The notes under the pieces were generated by a model that saw nothing but the letters and a program-made list of their open reading frames with translations, had not been told where the DNA came from and did no database searches. Positions 11,716 to 26,700 of a stretch of 64,000 bases of DNA are shown here, piece by piece. The stretch is from Schmidtea polychroa (taxonomy: Eukaryota): assembly GCA_044892525.1 (NCBI GenBank), contig CM097885.1:188418001-188482000 (forward strand), written 5' to 3'. The first letter of the stretch is position 1. Every line of letters starts with the position of its first letter. Position numbers and translations under genes: made by a program.

Positions 11716-14700
11716 ATGGATTCTAATAAAAATCTTCACAAAACTGTTATTGATTATATTAATTATGAGATAAATACAATGAATTATTCTGCCGATTGTT
11801 TAGAAAGTCTTGAAGGTGTTATGAACATTACTTTATTTTAATATTTATATTTTTTCATTAGTTGCAAAGCAGTGCCTAGAAAATGTGTGGAATGTTGAAA
11901 ATAGTACTCCTTCTGATAACATATCTCAATTTTTTGAGTCTTATCCAATGAATAATGTAGAAAATGTGGAAGTAGACGAAGATGACAAGAAAGCGGCTGA
12001 AAGGCTGAAAACTCAAGGTTTTTGTTAAAAAAATATTTAATATTTATGGACTTACTTAGGAAATATTTGCATGGGTGAAAATTTGTTTTCAGATGCAGTT
12101 AGTTGTTATTCTAAAGCGATTGAGCTAGATCCCCGAAATGCCGTATATTATTGCAATAGGTTAAGTTTTATAATTCAAACTTAATACTATGAATAAATTT
12201 AATATATAATCGTAATAGAATAAAATATATGTTAATAGTTAATTAAAAATATTGGCTTTGTTAATAGATAAATATTTTTCTTACAGAGCTGCTGCTTATA
12301 GTAAATTAAATAAAAATGAAAATGCAATTGAAGATTGCCAGAGTGCTTTAAAAATTGATTCTAAATATGGAAAAGCATACAGTCGAATGGGGTATATTTT
12401 CAGTGATAAATAAATACAATATGTTTGGTATCGCTTAGTTTGGCTTACACTGGAATGGGAAAATTCGATGAAGCAATTGTTTGTTACAAACGTGCTATTG
12501 AAATTGAGCCGGATAATCAAAATTATAAACAAAATCTAGAAGCTGCCGAAGAAAGGAAATCATCAGGAATTCCTCCGCCGACTAGTTCGACAAATGCCGG
12601 AGCCCAGCCTATTCCCAATTTCCAGTCAGCGCTGCAAAATTTCGATCTTTCCTCGATCCTGAACAATCCAATGATGATGAATATGGCCCAGCAAATGATG
12701 TCCCAGCCGGAAATGCGTAACATGTGAGTAATTGTGACATGGTGCTTGGAATTAATTCCCAATATTGAAGGATTAATAAGATAATTATGAATATTCCCAG
12801 GAGGATTTTTGTTCCCAACTTATGAATAATGCGCATTTACCCCTCCCCTACCATTCCCCTTCAAATTGCACTATTTGTTGAATACGAAACTGTTTTCTAT
12901 TGGTTTGGATTATTATATTCTATTTATTAACTACTAGTTTAAAATAATTTAATCGGGAAGTTGAAATCAATATTTTAAAATTCCGAATAATTTGATTGGA
13001 CCAAATCAAATGGAATATAATTATATAATTTTCGTCAGTTTCAGGTAATATCGATCAATCCCAATCAGGAAGGAACGATCATTACTATTTGAGGACATTG
13101 CATGTGGTTTTAAATCTAAATTTCACTGAAAATCTGGAATTAGAAAATGATCCCAGGTTACCATGACAACAATAAGTAACCCATGTTTTTTATAACGACT
13201 AAAGTTTACATTTTCGATGTAATTATCTGATTTGAGATACTAAGGTTGGATATACTAAAAATATTGTTACTAATTACCATAGCAACCGTAAGAAATTTAA
13301 GTCCCGTGGTAACATGACATGATGGCATGAGACATCTACTATAATAATATATAAATAATACATATATCCCCACCCCACCCCCACCCACACTCATTTCCAC
13401 TATTGATCTATTTCTATTAACGGCCTAGATGAATATATTGATCCCGCATTGGCATCAGCACTTGACAACATTCAAAAATCCCCTGTCCGATAATTCGTGG
13501 CAAATATAGAGACAAAATATTGATTTATAGCATGAAAATTTAATTTATTGGCCTAACCCAGTGCTTCTTAAACTTTTTTCATTCGCGACCCCATTAGTGA
13601 TTGTAAACCTTTGTTGCGACCCCTTATAATTTAAAATAAAGATATAAATTTTTTGTGAAGATTTATTAATTAAGTAATAATATAAATACATATGACAAAA
13701 TTGACGTTTCAGAGTTGGTCACTACGGACAAATTTCCATTTGCCTAATGAGTAGGGAAACATACGACAATTATGCAATTTTATGTATTTGAATATTTTAT
13801 ATAAAAATTTCGCGACCCCAATATTTTGCTAGGCGACCCCAAATGGGGTCGCGAGCCATAGTTTAAGAAGCCCTGGCTTAAGCCAATGAATTGTGCCGAA
13901 ATATTGATCTATGCGGTACATGGAAACGGAAAATTTACCTTATTGTGAAAACTGCCAAAATCAACTGAATTGAAGTTCGAAGAGAAAATTTTACCAAATT
14001 CTATTGAAAAAAAAGTTTGATAGAAATGCAAAATTTATTGAACACTCGTGGCAGAATTTACCTTAGTTACCCACAACAAAAAGATGTGACATCTATTGAT
14101 CTACAAATATAGACCATAAAATAACCGAAAAATTGTTTTGTTCATCGTGAATCCAAGGAAAATGAATATAATCGATAATTTTAGGAAAAATTAATGATTA
14201 AAGGATTTCAAAATTGTTCGATAAAAATGGCAAATTATCAACTGGTATGGAAATTTTTAAAATTTTTTCAAAAATCTGTTTAGACAGAATTATTTCCGAA
14301 GATTATCGATTATATTCATTTTCCTTGGATTCATAGAAAACAAAGAAACTTTTCGGGATTTTTATGGTCTATATTTGTAGAGCAATAGAGGTCACGTCTT
14401 TTTGTTGTGGGTAACTAAAGTAAATTTTGTCTCGTTCACATAGTTACAACAATTTTTCTTCAAAAATGTGAAATATATATGTCAAAACTTCATTTAACCA
14501 ACACAATTTTTTTCGTTATTAATTACGTTTAGTTATAATCAGTTTACAATAAATTTTGCATTTCTATAAAATCTTATATAAAATTTCAATTTGGTGATTT
14601 TGGCAAGCAGATTTTCCCTTTCCAAAGCTATTAGCGTGATATGTAGTCTGCGTCGATTTGTAATAGAATCTGGTTCCAACATTAAACCAGTATTCAATTT

Positions 14701-17700
14701 ACTAGGATGACTCAAATGATGCAATCAATGATTCCACCAGGTTCAGCTGCACCAGCCAATGACGAGAATCGCACTGGAAATGGAGATTCTCGAAACCCAG
14801 ATGGAACTAATCTCAATAATTTTTTGGCTTTGTAAGCTGATTGGAATTATATTATTTATTTATGAATCAGATAATTTAATAATTAAAATTCATGTAATAT
14901 CTATATTGCACTCAGTTTTTATTCGATACGCTTTTTCCCTAATCAACAATTACTTGATTTATAACTTATCAAATATCAAACGATTTCCAATCTTTTACAT
15001 TACTAAAAAAGTTACTAAAGAAATGTCATAATGTATAAATTTCCGTATTATTAAAACCGCCAATTTCTCCAAAAAATATTCCAACAAAAATGACGCTATC
15101 ATTTGTATTTTAAATTATATCAAAAATAAATAATAATTATTGAATTTATTTAAAAATTAATTATTGATAAATTAAAATTGTTAATAAGAATTGCATTAGT
15201 ATTGATTGATAATATTTCATTAATAATTAATTTAAATTTTGATTATTACTTTAACAGATAATTTTTCATAAAATATATTGCTAAGTAAATTAGTCTTACA
15301 GCATCCATTTATTAGGTTTAATACAGTATTCTGTAGTTTTCGTATTCGTGAATAAAGTTTAGACTGGAAATAATTTGTTCATTTACTGAACAATTTTTGT
15401 TGGCTTTCGATGCTTTCTGCGATAATTAAAATACGCGAGGAATTTCTTTTCTTACCCTTCAAGATATCCTCGTAACTTCCATATCATTAGTCATTTATTC
15501 ATTGTCATCATTTACTTCTCTAACTCCGAAATTTACTTGGCTGCTTCACTAATGTCCCAGGCACTGAAATTCTTCATTTCTGTAAGAAATGAATTACTAT
15601 GGTGTTACTCATTCAAAATTCACCACTTCAAAACATTCGACTTAAAATGTCAGGTTGATTAAAATTTCCATATAGTATTTGAAAAAATGATACTACCGTC
15701 TGTATGTTAAATTATCTCAATATTGAATCTATTTCAAAATTAATTATTGAAAATTAAAATTAATAAGAATTGCATTAGTATTGATTGATAATATTTCATT
15801 AATAATTAATTTACATTTTGATTATTATTTTTACAACCAGTTTTTCATAAAATATATTGCCAAGTAAATTAGTCTTACAGCTTCCATTTTTTTGGTTTAA
15901 TAAAATAGTATTCGTATTCATGAAAAAGATTTAGAATGGAAATAATTTGTTCATTCAGTCTCTAAACAATTTTTATTCGATTTCAGTGCTTTCGACCAAA
16001 AATTAAAAGTTTGAGGAATTTATTTTCTTAATCTCCTAAATATCCTCGTAACTTTCATATCACTCGTCATTTACTAGTATTATCATCAGCCATTTTTTAT
16101 CTCTGCTCCAACCCAAAAATGTATCTGACTGTGCTTCACCAATTTCCTAGCCTCTGAAATCCGAGTGACACCTAGTACTCGCATATCTGTAAGAAATGAT
16201 TTACAAATGATTTTACTACCAGGTGTTACTCATTCAAAATCCACCACTTCAAAAAATTCGACTTGAAATATCATGTTGATTAAAATTTCAATATAATATT
16301 TGAAAAATGATACTACCGCCTGTATGTTAAATTATCTCAAAAACGAATAACTATTAAATGATATATTGGATCTATTTCAAAATGGATTATAGACAAATTA
16401 AAATTATTAATAAGAATTGCATTAGTATTGATTGATAATATTTCATTAATAATTAATTTACATTTTGATTATTACGTTTACAACCAGTTTTTTCATAAAA
16501 TAAATATCACACACATCGCAATTAGACAAAAACCATCCAACTCGGGTCTGTGTGCGAATCCAAAGGACAAATCCAAATAATTTTCGTGCACACAATCGCG
16601 ACAACCGAAATTAAACACATAAATTTGTTGGAACTAATAAAGTATTTTGTAGGAAATCATCGTGATTAAGGTTTAGATTTGATATTATTTGTTTTTTCGC
16701 CTCAAAATAACTTTTTTTCGCTTTTAATGCTTTCATATTTCATCTTATTCCGAAAATTTTTTTTTAAATGTTACTGCAGCTAATATTTTTTATTAATTTT
16801 CTAAACCAAAAGTGGTAAAAGATTTCCTTTGGTATTTGCTCAAATTATTGGTCAAGGTATATCTCTCTCGAGGAGGACTGATTATTTCTGACTATGATCC
16901 ACTAAAACCAATTACGCACGACCAAACTTCATTTCTTTATATAAATTTTTAAACAAAGTTTAACTCGGTTTTACTCACATAAAAGTCACACATACATACA
17001 TTCGTGCGTATATATTATATACTCTATAAGATAGAAATTAAAATCAGTATCAAATTGACAATATCAAATTGAAGTACTTCATTTAGACAGAACATTATTT
17101 AAAATTCAATAAAGAATATAAAATGAAATGAGGTTCATAAAGCCTAAAATTCATCGATAAATCATAAAATTGGATGATATTATTAAAATGCCTAAAAGTT
17201 TATTTCATTAAAAAATTTTGAATTGAATACTCACTAAATTATGGAATTGTCATCAGAACATTCTGCCATCTTAAAAAAATACTTTTCTGTGAATTAATTT
17301 CAAATTTTTGCGATGTACCTGAAAAATTCAATAGAAAAGTATATCAGATCTTACGATTACCCAAACGTATTTCAATTTAGAATTAAATCTATGAAAAGAT
17401 TCTTGACAAAAAATCCTGACACCAAATTTTCTCGGTTCATAATTGCTTGTAAAAACATGCTCCATAAAGTGACTGACATTGGTTTATTTATAAAAAATGG
17501 ATTGTCATTTATTTCAGCTCTTCAATTCCATCCAATCAATACATAGTCTGGGATTTCATTTTTTACACACTCACTCGTACATTACCATTACGATATTTCT
17601 TTTTACTATTTACATTGTCCTTCAGTTCGGTTTTTGGCTATTTTTTATATTGAATTTTCGACCACTTTTCCACTCTTTTGTACCTCTTTAATTCAGTTGT

Positions 17701-20700
17701 TTCCAAACTTTTTGTACCCTCCTTTTTATAAAAAATTTTTCCCATCCCTCAAATTTCATGAGAATCTAATTTAATAAATACTTACCTGATATTTTAATTT
17801 ATTTAATGCACTACAAAATAATATAGCATATTATGAATTTATATCAAATATTTAGTATAAGTAAAATTAATTTTAAATGGAAGAGAAACAAACTTTATAA
17901 CAATACATAAACTATAATACACGTAAAAACTAATAAAGCATAATTGTATTTTAATGATGTGATGGGTGTGCTTGTTTTTCAGCACATATTTTCTCAAACC
18001 GCGGCATCATTGTAGACATCACTGTTCTTAGTTCCTTTTCCTTTCAACGCGATCGATACTTTGTCTCCAAAACACCTGCTGCTGGAAAACCTGTTTCACA
18101 TAAGTATGATGTTAAAGATGGTAATAAAATTTCTAGAACTTTGTTAAAGGAGGAAAATCTTTTTTACTCGTAGCCAAAACGTAATATTGCTGAAACATCA
18201 TTTCTTGCTATGCCGTCGAAAAATCAAAATCATCAAATTTTCCAATCAAAAACGAGTTTCGTATCCATTAGTATTTCGATATGTCAAGATCTTGAAAGTA
18301 AAATGAGAATTGCTTCCACAGACTAGTCAAATGATTATTAATAATAACTTTACTTTCTATTTCATCGGAAGGACGGGTGGCTTGAAAATTGGGAAACATG
18401 TCAAAATTATTATTTTTCAAACTTGTTTCTAAGAATTTCAATTTTTTCATAAATACAGTAATTTTGTCTTTCTGCATCAGGTCCTTACATTGATTTATTC
18501 AAACTACTCGCAAATATCTTTTGAAACTAGTGATTGAATCATGAATCGTGTCCAAATTGCACAAGGAGCTACTTTTTGAACTAGTGTCCGTAGACCAGCG
18601 TTTTTCCCTGCAATCGAGGGAGCTCCACCTGTACATAGTCCAATCCAGTTCTCACATAAAATGTCTTTCTCATTAAAATCATTTTAAAAATTTCTGCTGC
18701 TGTGGTATTGCCTTCAATAGGTTTACAGAATAACAAATCTACTCTAACATCGGTTTCTGCAACATATCTTACTTATGCAATCAAGTGGGCATCTTTAACC
18801 ATATCTGTTGCTTCATCCACTTGCAACGTAAATTAAGATGGTTTTTATATTTCTATTAATTGATCGCAAAGGTCTTCATATATATCGGAAATTCTTCTTC
18901 CCACGGTATTATCTGCAAGTGGAATCATTCTAAGCTAATCAGTGAGGATCGGGGCTACCATGTCAATAGCCGCTGGTAACACTAAAGTTTTTCTTATTGA
19001 ATGATCTATTTTGCATTTACCAATTCTATAAGAAACCTTGTACGATGTAAGTTATGCTTTCGATGTTACAGACATGGTTTTTGTAAATGTTCTTTGTTTA
19101 TTTAAAATCTCTAATTTTCTTTGGAATAATTCTCTTGTCTTGCCAACGTGATCTGCATGTCTTTTTCAAGATGTAGTTTTAATTTATTCGGCTTCATGAT
19201 ATCTGCGGTTAAAATATTTATACAGAGCAAGCACAATGGTCTTTCTTGATCATTAATAATCTTACATGTAAATCCAAATGACAAATAACTTAGATCATAT
19301 TTCTATGTTTGGGTTTACTATTTTCCGTAATGTATCCTCGCTTTTTACATTATCTTTACTCATACAGGCTTCCTCTGCTTCATTTAACTTTCTTTTCAGC
19401 CCAGATAGATATTTATCCATCTAAAATGGATTATCATATATGATATTTAGGAGACCGGCAAAAAACTTCGTTTTTATCAAACAGAAAATATGTGAAGATC
19501 AAGGTTAAAATTTCTAAGACTGATCATTAACAAGACTGGAAAGTTTAAGATTTAAATTAAAACAAATTGCTTAGAGTTGGTTATATGATTTATCCTGAAA
19601 GATGAAGGCAAAACAATGCGACATAAATTTCTTCGTTTAAACTTTAACACGAAATAACTTTTCGACTACCGATATCCATTGCTTCCTTGTCGAATGTTTG
19701 GGTGCAGAGAACGTCGGTAGCCTTCGAAGAGTACAGTGGATTACCGAAGAGTTTGCAGGAGAACAGCGGACACTTTTTGAGCGAAAAGAAGGTTCAGGAA
19801 GACCAAGAACTAGCACTGCAGAAAAGAATATCATAATTGTGCTTGAAGGGATTGAAGAAGATTGCCACTTAAACTGTTCAGGCATTTCAAGAGTCACAGA
19901 CATTGAAGAAGCAAGTGTTCGCCGTATATTGAAATAAGAACTTGGAAAGAAGTCCCTTTGCAGCAGATGGGTTCCTCACATTTTTACTGATAATAACAAG
20001 AGAATCAGAATCACTTAATGTCAAGAAATGTTGAATGTTTATTCAGTAAGAAGGGATAAGAAAAAAATCATTGATCGATGAAAAATGGATTTACCTTCGA
20101 GACGTAGCTCCAAAATAATGCAACCATGTTTGGGTGGATAAGTGATCGTCCAACTATTGCTTAACGGACAATATCTGATCGCAAAGTTCTGATTATTGTT
20201 GCCAGCAACTATGCAAAATCACTCACGTATTTCGAAATTTATCACGGCGGTGGATCTATTAGTGCTGAGAGATCCCTACAATTTCTGCAGAATATGATTG
20301 GGAAATGATCATTCAGCATGACAATGCAAGACCTCATGTAGCACAGTTGATTCAACTTGGGCTTGAAGAACACAGTGTAGTGGGCCTACTTGCCCGACAT
20401 AAACCTCAAGAGTCGCTTTAAAACTTCAGTAATTTAGGAGAAGTGAGCAACAATTTTCGCCAATATTTGGATGCAACATCGGAGGCCAAGCTCACAAGTG
20501 AGTTCCAAAATATTTCACGTCACCTCCAGAGTGTCATTGAAGCCGATGGAGACTATTTCTACGCTGTGATATAGTTTACACTTTTAGTATACTTGCATAT
20601 GCGATTTTCACAAATAAATGTTTTGAATTGGATTTTTTAGATTTTGATAAGATTTCATCGACGTAGAAAAACAATTTTTTTTGTCGACCCCTAATTTAAA

Positions 20701-23700
20701 ATGAATAATGGACATAAATGAATTCTGAATCGTCTCCTTCTAATGATTTTTGTGGTAAATGCAAGGCCGTCAAGAGCGAAGTGTAAAAATGGAATTTACC
20801 ACAAAATTGGAAAGAAGAAAAATTAACAATTTTGTCATGTATCAAATTTGAATTTATTTCCACTATTCTTAAAAAAAACTGTGGAATTGAATTTTACCTA
20901 CTAAACTTACTACTGCACAAGAAAAGACGCGGTCGTTTGTATTATTTCTCCTCTCTGGGGTTTGTCACCGAACGCTGAAGGCGTGTAGGAGCGCCACTGT
21001 TTGGAAACCGATGCTTTAACTGTCAATATTATATCTGCGGAATTCTCTTTTGTCGATACATACCTCTATTAATTCGCCACAGTTATTTACCATTGGCACT
21101 CCAGCACTTGCACCAAATTTTCTTCGCCTCTTGCTTGTGAAAGGCATGCATAATGGTATAGTAGGTAACGAGAGAAAATTCTTTATGATAACTACAGCAA
21201 AAATGTTGAAATTAAATTTAGATCTACAATGGAGTGTCATAATGGTTACCCATGAAAAAAACGATTATATTTCGCTCTCTAATATCTGGTAGATTTTCAC
21301 TTAGCATTTAAAAAGACCAGTTACAGTATAGCATTGAATATATACATTTATTGTTCCCCTGCAGCTGATGCTGGCTTGCATTGTCGTTTTCTTAAGGCAT
21401 CACACAAGAGAAACCAAACATTTTCAATGGGATTTATGTCTATCGATTGTGAACAATTTGAGGCAGGAAATCATGTGTTACTCTAACCAGGTCTTCGTTG
21501 CTCGTGCAGTGTGGCATAAAATAGGAATTTTCTTTTGATGTTACCATTTTCATCGAGGATCCCGTAAAGTATTTGACGGTAAACAGTTATAGCTTTGATT
21601 TTCCATTGAACCAAATAGCTCCCCATACCATGACAGAGATGTTGGGTTCCACAGTGGATTGAGAACAAGTGTTATCGTATTCTTGATCCTAAACATGACC
21701 ACTAGTGAGAAACTGTTAAAAGGAACATTAACTAAATTTCATTAATAAATCAGTTATTTACAGTTACAATTAATTAAAGATTTTACTAATATTTATCTAA
21801 ATATTCCATTTTTATAGAAAATGATTAAAGATAATAAACGTTATTGAACAAATTTGTGATTAAACCAGGGGTGGGCAAACTTTTTTTATAAAGGGCCACA
21901 TAGAAAACTTGATTGTTATCGGGGGCCGCATATATATTTTGTGAATTTAATGAACTTAATGAACTCGCCGTCAGAAAAGGGCTTGTTACGTTTTACAATC
22001 TTATGGGACAGCATCAAACTGGTCTCGGTTGCAGTATCTTGTATTACAGAATGTTTGGTGAGAACAGTTTGCTGCTTCTTTAAAATATTAACCAACTCCT
22101 GGCATTTCTTTTTTCTCTCTTCGTTTGTTAAATTGCGCCGAAATCCAAATGTCTTGTTTCGTAGTGTCTTTTCAAGTTGTACTCTTTAAAGACGCTCACA
22201 CACTCACGGCACAGCAAGCAGACTGCTTTGCTCCCAACGCTCGTGAAGCAGTATTTAGCAGTCCATTCGACATTAAAAACACGACATTCGTCTTCAATCT
22301 TTCTTTTTTAGCAACACTCATGGGTAATTCAAAGTCTATTCGCTTTAAAATTACAATTTTTACAAAGCCTTTCAAAATGTAAATTGTAAATAAAAGCCTC
22401 TTCTGGTTGAACGGAAAAGCAGTTTCAATGTTAACTAGTAATGACCAGTAATTAATAATATTCTGGACCCATAAAATCAATTAAATATCCATAAATTCGA
22501 ATCAAAGCAATAAGAAATACATTTCAAAAATATAGGCAAAACTGCAAGTCTAAGCTCCAAACAAAGAAAATTAATTTCGCATAGGATCGCCACATGCGGC
22601 CCGCGGGCCGTAGTTTGCCCACCCCTGGATTAAACTATATTAAAAATTAATTTTTTTAGCTTAAATAATTTTTATTTTATTTAATATTTATACTATAACT
22701 ATCATTTAAAACTTAATTACAATTTAATAAATACATACATTAGTCATAAAAGACATCATATTTGTAGACATAAAAGATGTCATATTGTTAAGCATCATGT
22801 CTAAAAATAAATAAATATATTAAATTTATTTCTATATGATCTTGTCTACGTTGACTATTTTAGCTTGGAAATTAATGTTAACTAAAATTAATAAATTAAA
22901 ACAAAAATAAAAATTCTTACTAATCATTTTTAAAATTAGGTTAGTAATAAAAGTGGCAAAACGATGAATATTCATCGCTTATATAGTCGTTGATTGTATA
23001 ATATTTCCTAAGCATATATGAATTTTAATTGGTTAGAGAATATTGTATAATCAATCCGATATAATACTGAAAATGTTATTAGTTTTAATAGGCACTTAAA
23101 AGTATGCGTTCAAAGCATAACACTGGGTTACTAGATAAAAATTATATTTAAAACATGTAAAACCATTTAATTAAATCTTTGATCCGAACTCTGTTCTATG
23201 AGTTTGGATCTCATGATTATCTGGAGCGAATCTATAGGTCCCAACTTTGGTTCCTGCGGAACCCACACTAACATCACAACTCTCGTTCGAATTTCCGACA
23301 TATATACCCAACTGATCAGTGAAATTCCCTAATTATCACAGTCATCATTGATTTTCACTTTACCACTCATTTCCTCCCGATACTTGTATTACAGGTCTTT
23401 CCTAATAAATCAACTAATTCATTAAAATAAAAATGGCGACCACTTTATTAAAACAAAAAATGGCAACTGTAGTACCCCTGACTTTCAAATTAATAAATAT
23501 ATTAATTTAATAATTAAATTTCAAGTACATTAAATTAATTACATTAAAAAAATATTCAATCATCTTCTTTCCAACATCGGTACCTTTATTCAAAAAATGT
23601 ATACAAAAGAATGGAATTTTATCAATTTATACGTCATTCCAAACCACCAATATTAAAAATTCGAAACTTAAGATCATCAAACAGACCACTGGACCACTTC

Positions 23701-26700
23701 TATATGTAATTCGTAATGGTAACAGCATCAATTTTCTTATTCTCCATATGTTCGTACATCGTCAAGATTGGAAATTATGTTAATGAAAATATCAGACACG
23801 CTTTATACGAAGATGTGGCATTCAAGATCAACACAAAAAATGGCAACCAATTCATTAAAACAAATTAATATTATTACACAATGACCCTATTGATTATACA
23901 ATAGGGTATACTGTGCAAAACCCGACAATTACGTTATTACATATTCTATATGAAACCCGAGCAATACCTAATAATCTGCATGTATATACCACAATTACTC
24001 AACAGACGACTACGCAACAGGCATAAGGGGGCCTTTTGTTTGGACCACTCATAGTATACTATTTGAAATTTCACCGTTTTCACACGGTTACAATTTCTAT
24101 AGCACCTCAATTCAACAATGCTTTAGTATATAATATATGTGTGATATAGAAAAAATAATATAGAAAAAATAAGTAAAACATGCATACAAAACACATATAT
24201 CACAAACTTACAATGAAATTAAATGTTTCAGTTTTTACATTTGAAATATTTATTTAGCTCGCTTTGATTTGGTAAAAATGAAGACCAAAAATCAAAATTG
24301 ATTTTGTAAATTTTAAAAGTTGTAGCATTTTCATTAAAAAATTATATGAAAAATACAAGAAAACTGAATAACCATGGTGCTTAAGTAATATGATGAAAAT
24401 AAATGTTAAATTATTATGACTTTAAAATAGAAATAATTCTCTAATTTATTAAAAAAATATCAAACGAAAAATATTTTATTAAATTTCAATGCATTAAAGA
24501 TAATAAATGAATATTGTTTATGATGATTCACGTTAACATTAAAAAGCATCTATAATCATTTTAAAGAATAAAATTACGTTCTTTGATGTAATATTTATTT
24601 AAATTCAAAATCTGTCGTTGTCTCAATTAAAACAAATCGACGAATCAGTAATAATATTTATAAAATAATTACTTCAGCACGTTTTAATTTAATTTAATAT
24701 ATTATTTAATTATTTATTGCCATTCTCATATCTTTCCTTGCCTTTTAATATTTCAAATTATAGTTTTCCCCATGTGTCTCGATTCATAACTTCGGTTGTG
24801 CCTTTTATTTGTAATTGTGAATGAACATTAGAAAGGACTTTAACCAAAACTTTATCATTTACATTGCTCTTTTTGTTATCATAAATGTTATTGCTTTATA
24901 GTCTGCTCTAAGAATTAACTTATTTTCGTACAAATATTGTTTTTAGTGTTTTAGGAATAAGATATGACTACTCATTGCATGAGATTCCATTTTCATCTTA
25001 TTGTTATAAAACTGCTCCGGTTGTGTCAAAAACTGGGTCCATTTCAAAAATTAATGAATTTTTAAAAATTTGGATATATCAAGACTGATGGAGTAGCCAC
25101 GCTATTTTCAGTTCATTGAATTCTTCGCATTAATGATATCAACATGTCCTTATTATTTCCAATAAATTTTCTATAATAATTTCAAATTTCAAGGAACCTT
25201 TGCAAATTTTATAAATATATTTTTGTCTCTCAAAATTTTTGTTTTTAATTATTCGTTAACTGTCTGTATTCTTTGATATAACCTGGGACATTTGTTTCTT
25301 CATCAATACTCATTCACCTGAATTCATCTTTGAACATGATCATAATTTTCATCGTCTTGTCAAGTATTATGATCTCGTTCAGTAAATTACTGTTTCTTTA
25401 CATTTAAGATTACCTAGAACCACTTTCATTAATTTTTGAAACGTTGCCGAGATAATACGCACTTTCCAAATCTACTGAACTTTTCAAAATATTTAGATCA
25501 ACTTAAATGTCCAACATTTCTTTAATAGTTGGCCTAGGAAATGCCTCCCTTTCTGTAAATTTATTCAACGATAGGAAATCTAAACATAATTATTTCTCAT
25601 TTTTTATTCTTCCACACGTTTATCAGTGGTGTGTTGCATTGAGATTCACATTATCGATAATTCCAATTTCTAAATTTTCTATTGCTTCAGTTTTAATTTC
25701 TAAATGTTTTGTTTGACGTCTTGGTTTTTATCAAAATTCCATCATCAGTAATAACTATCACAGACAATTTTTTCAAAATCCTTTTATTTTTAAATTAGAC
25801 CAATCTCATGCCAAATAATGTTAAATCGATTATTCTCTTTTATATCTTTTTTATTGTACAAAATATTTCTATTAAATTTTTTATCGTTACTACCTTTAAT
25901 GGCAAATTTATTATTACAACTTATAATATTATTTAAATTACTACCGTGTTTTGCCGAATAAAAGTCATGACTTGTATTTATTTTTTTGCGTAAAATTGTT
26001 TAAAAATACAAAAAAGACTTGTATTGGGAGTAGTTTTTTTATTCAAAAATAGCCGTTTCGTCGCCCATATCATCTTCAATAATCTGACTGGATGCACTGA
26101 TATCCTGATTACGTAAATTATCAAATGCAGCTCTGATTTTTTCGCCGTATATTTCATGATTGTAAATTAAAGTTTCACTAAAATTCTGATTGTATAATAG
26201 ATATGATGCGCGTAGCCCATTATTGATAATATTCGTATTAATTTTTCCCCAAGAATGCCGAATCCAACTCTCTACTTCAACCAAAGGTGGTTTTATGGCA
26301 TTTCCCTTTGCATTTTTGACCATCCTATGTTCAATATAATCGTTTATTTTATCTCTCAATCCCAATTTAAACGGACTATTTACTGCCACATCCATAAGTT
26401 GCAAATAACCAGTCATCCCCGACGGAATCATTACTTGATCAATGTTTCTGGTCTGCAAAAATGATTTCATCTGGGTAGCCCGATGCGTAGAGGCCGAATC
26501 CCAAATTAGAAAACCTCTTTTTTGTCCCCTAAGCACCAATGGGAAATTGATGTCAATCCATTTTTTGAGAATGTCCTGGGTGGACCATGCTTTCTCCGAC
26601 TCCATTATATTCAAACCATTCCTAACTATAACAGTATCCTTTTCCCCCTTAATAATGGCTGTGGGAGATATCTTGGTTCCATTTAATCGTACACCCAGTA

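Noticed and set aside
12296-12836. Minus-strand ORFs overlapping SGTA exons 4-5
   Set aside because: Antisense shadows of the SGTA coding sequence.
13039-13500. Possible 6-nt microexon (TTTCAG, 13039-44) or alternative terminal exon at 13429 in SGTA intron 5
   Set aside because: Only bare AG/GT dinucleotides support them, and the 13429 acceptor gives an immediate stop. Needs RNA-seq.
23430-23870. Three short AAAAATGGC(G/A)AC direct repeats
   Set aside because: Too short and AT-rich to assign; no boundaries found.
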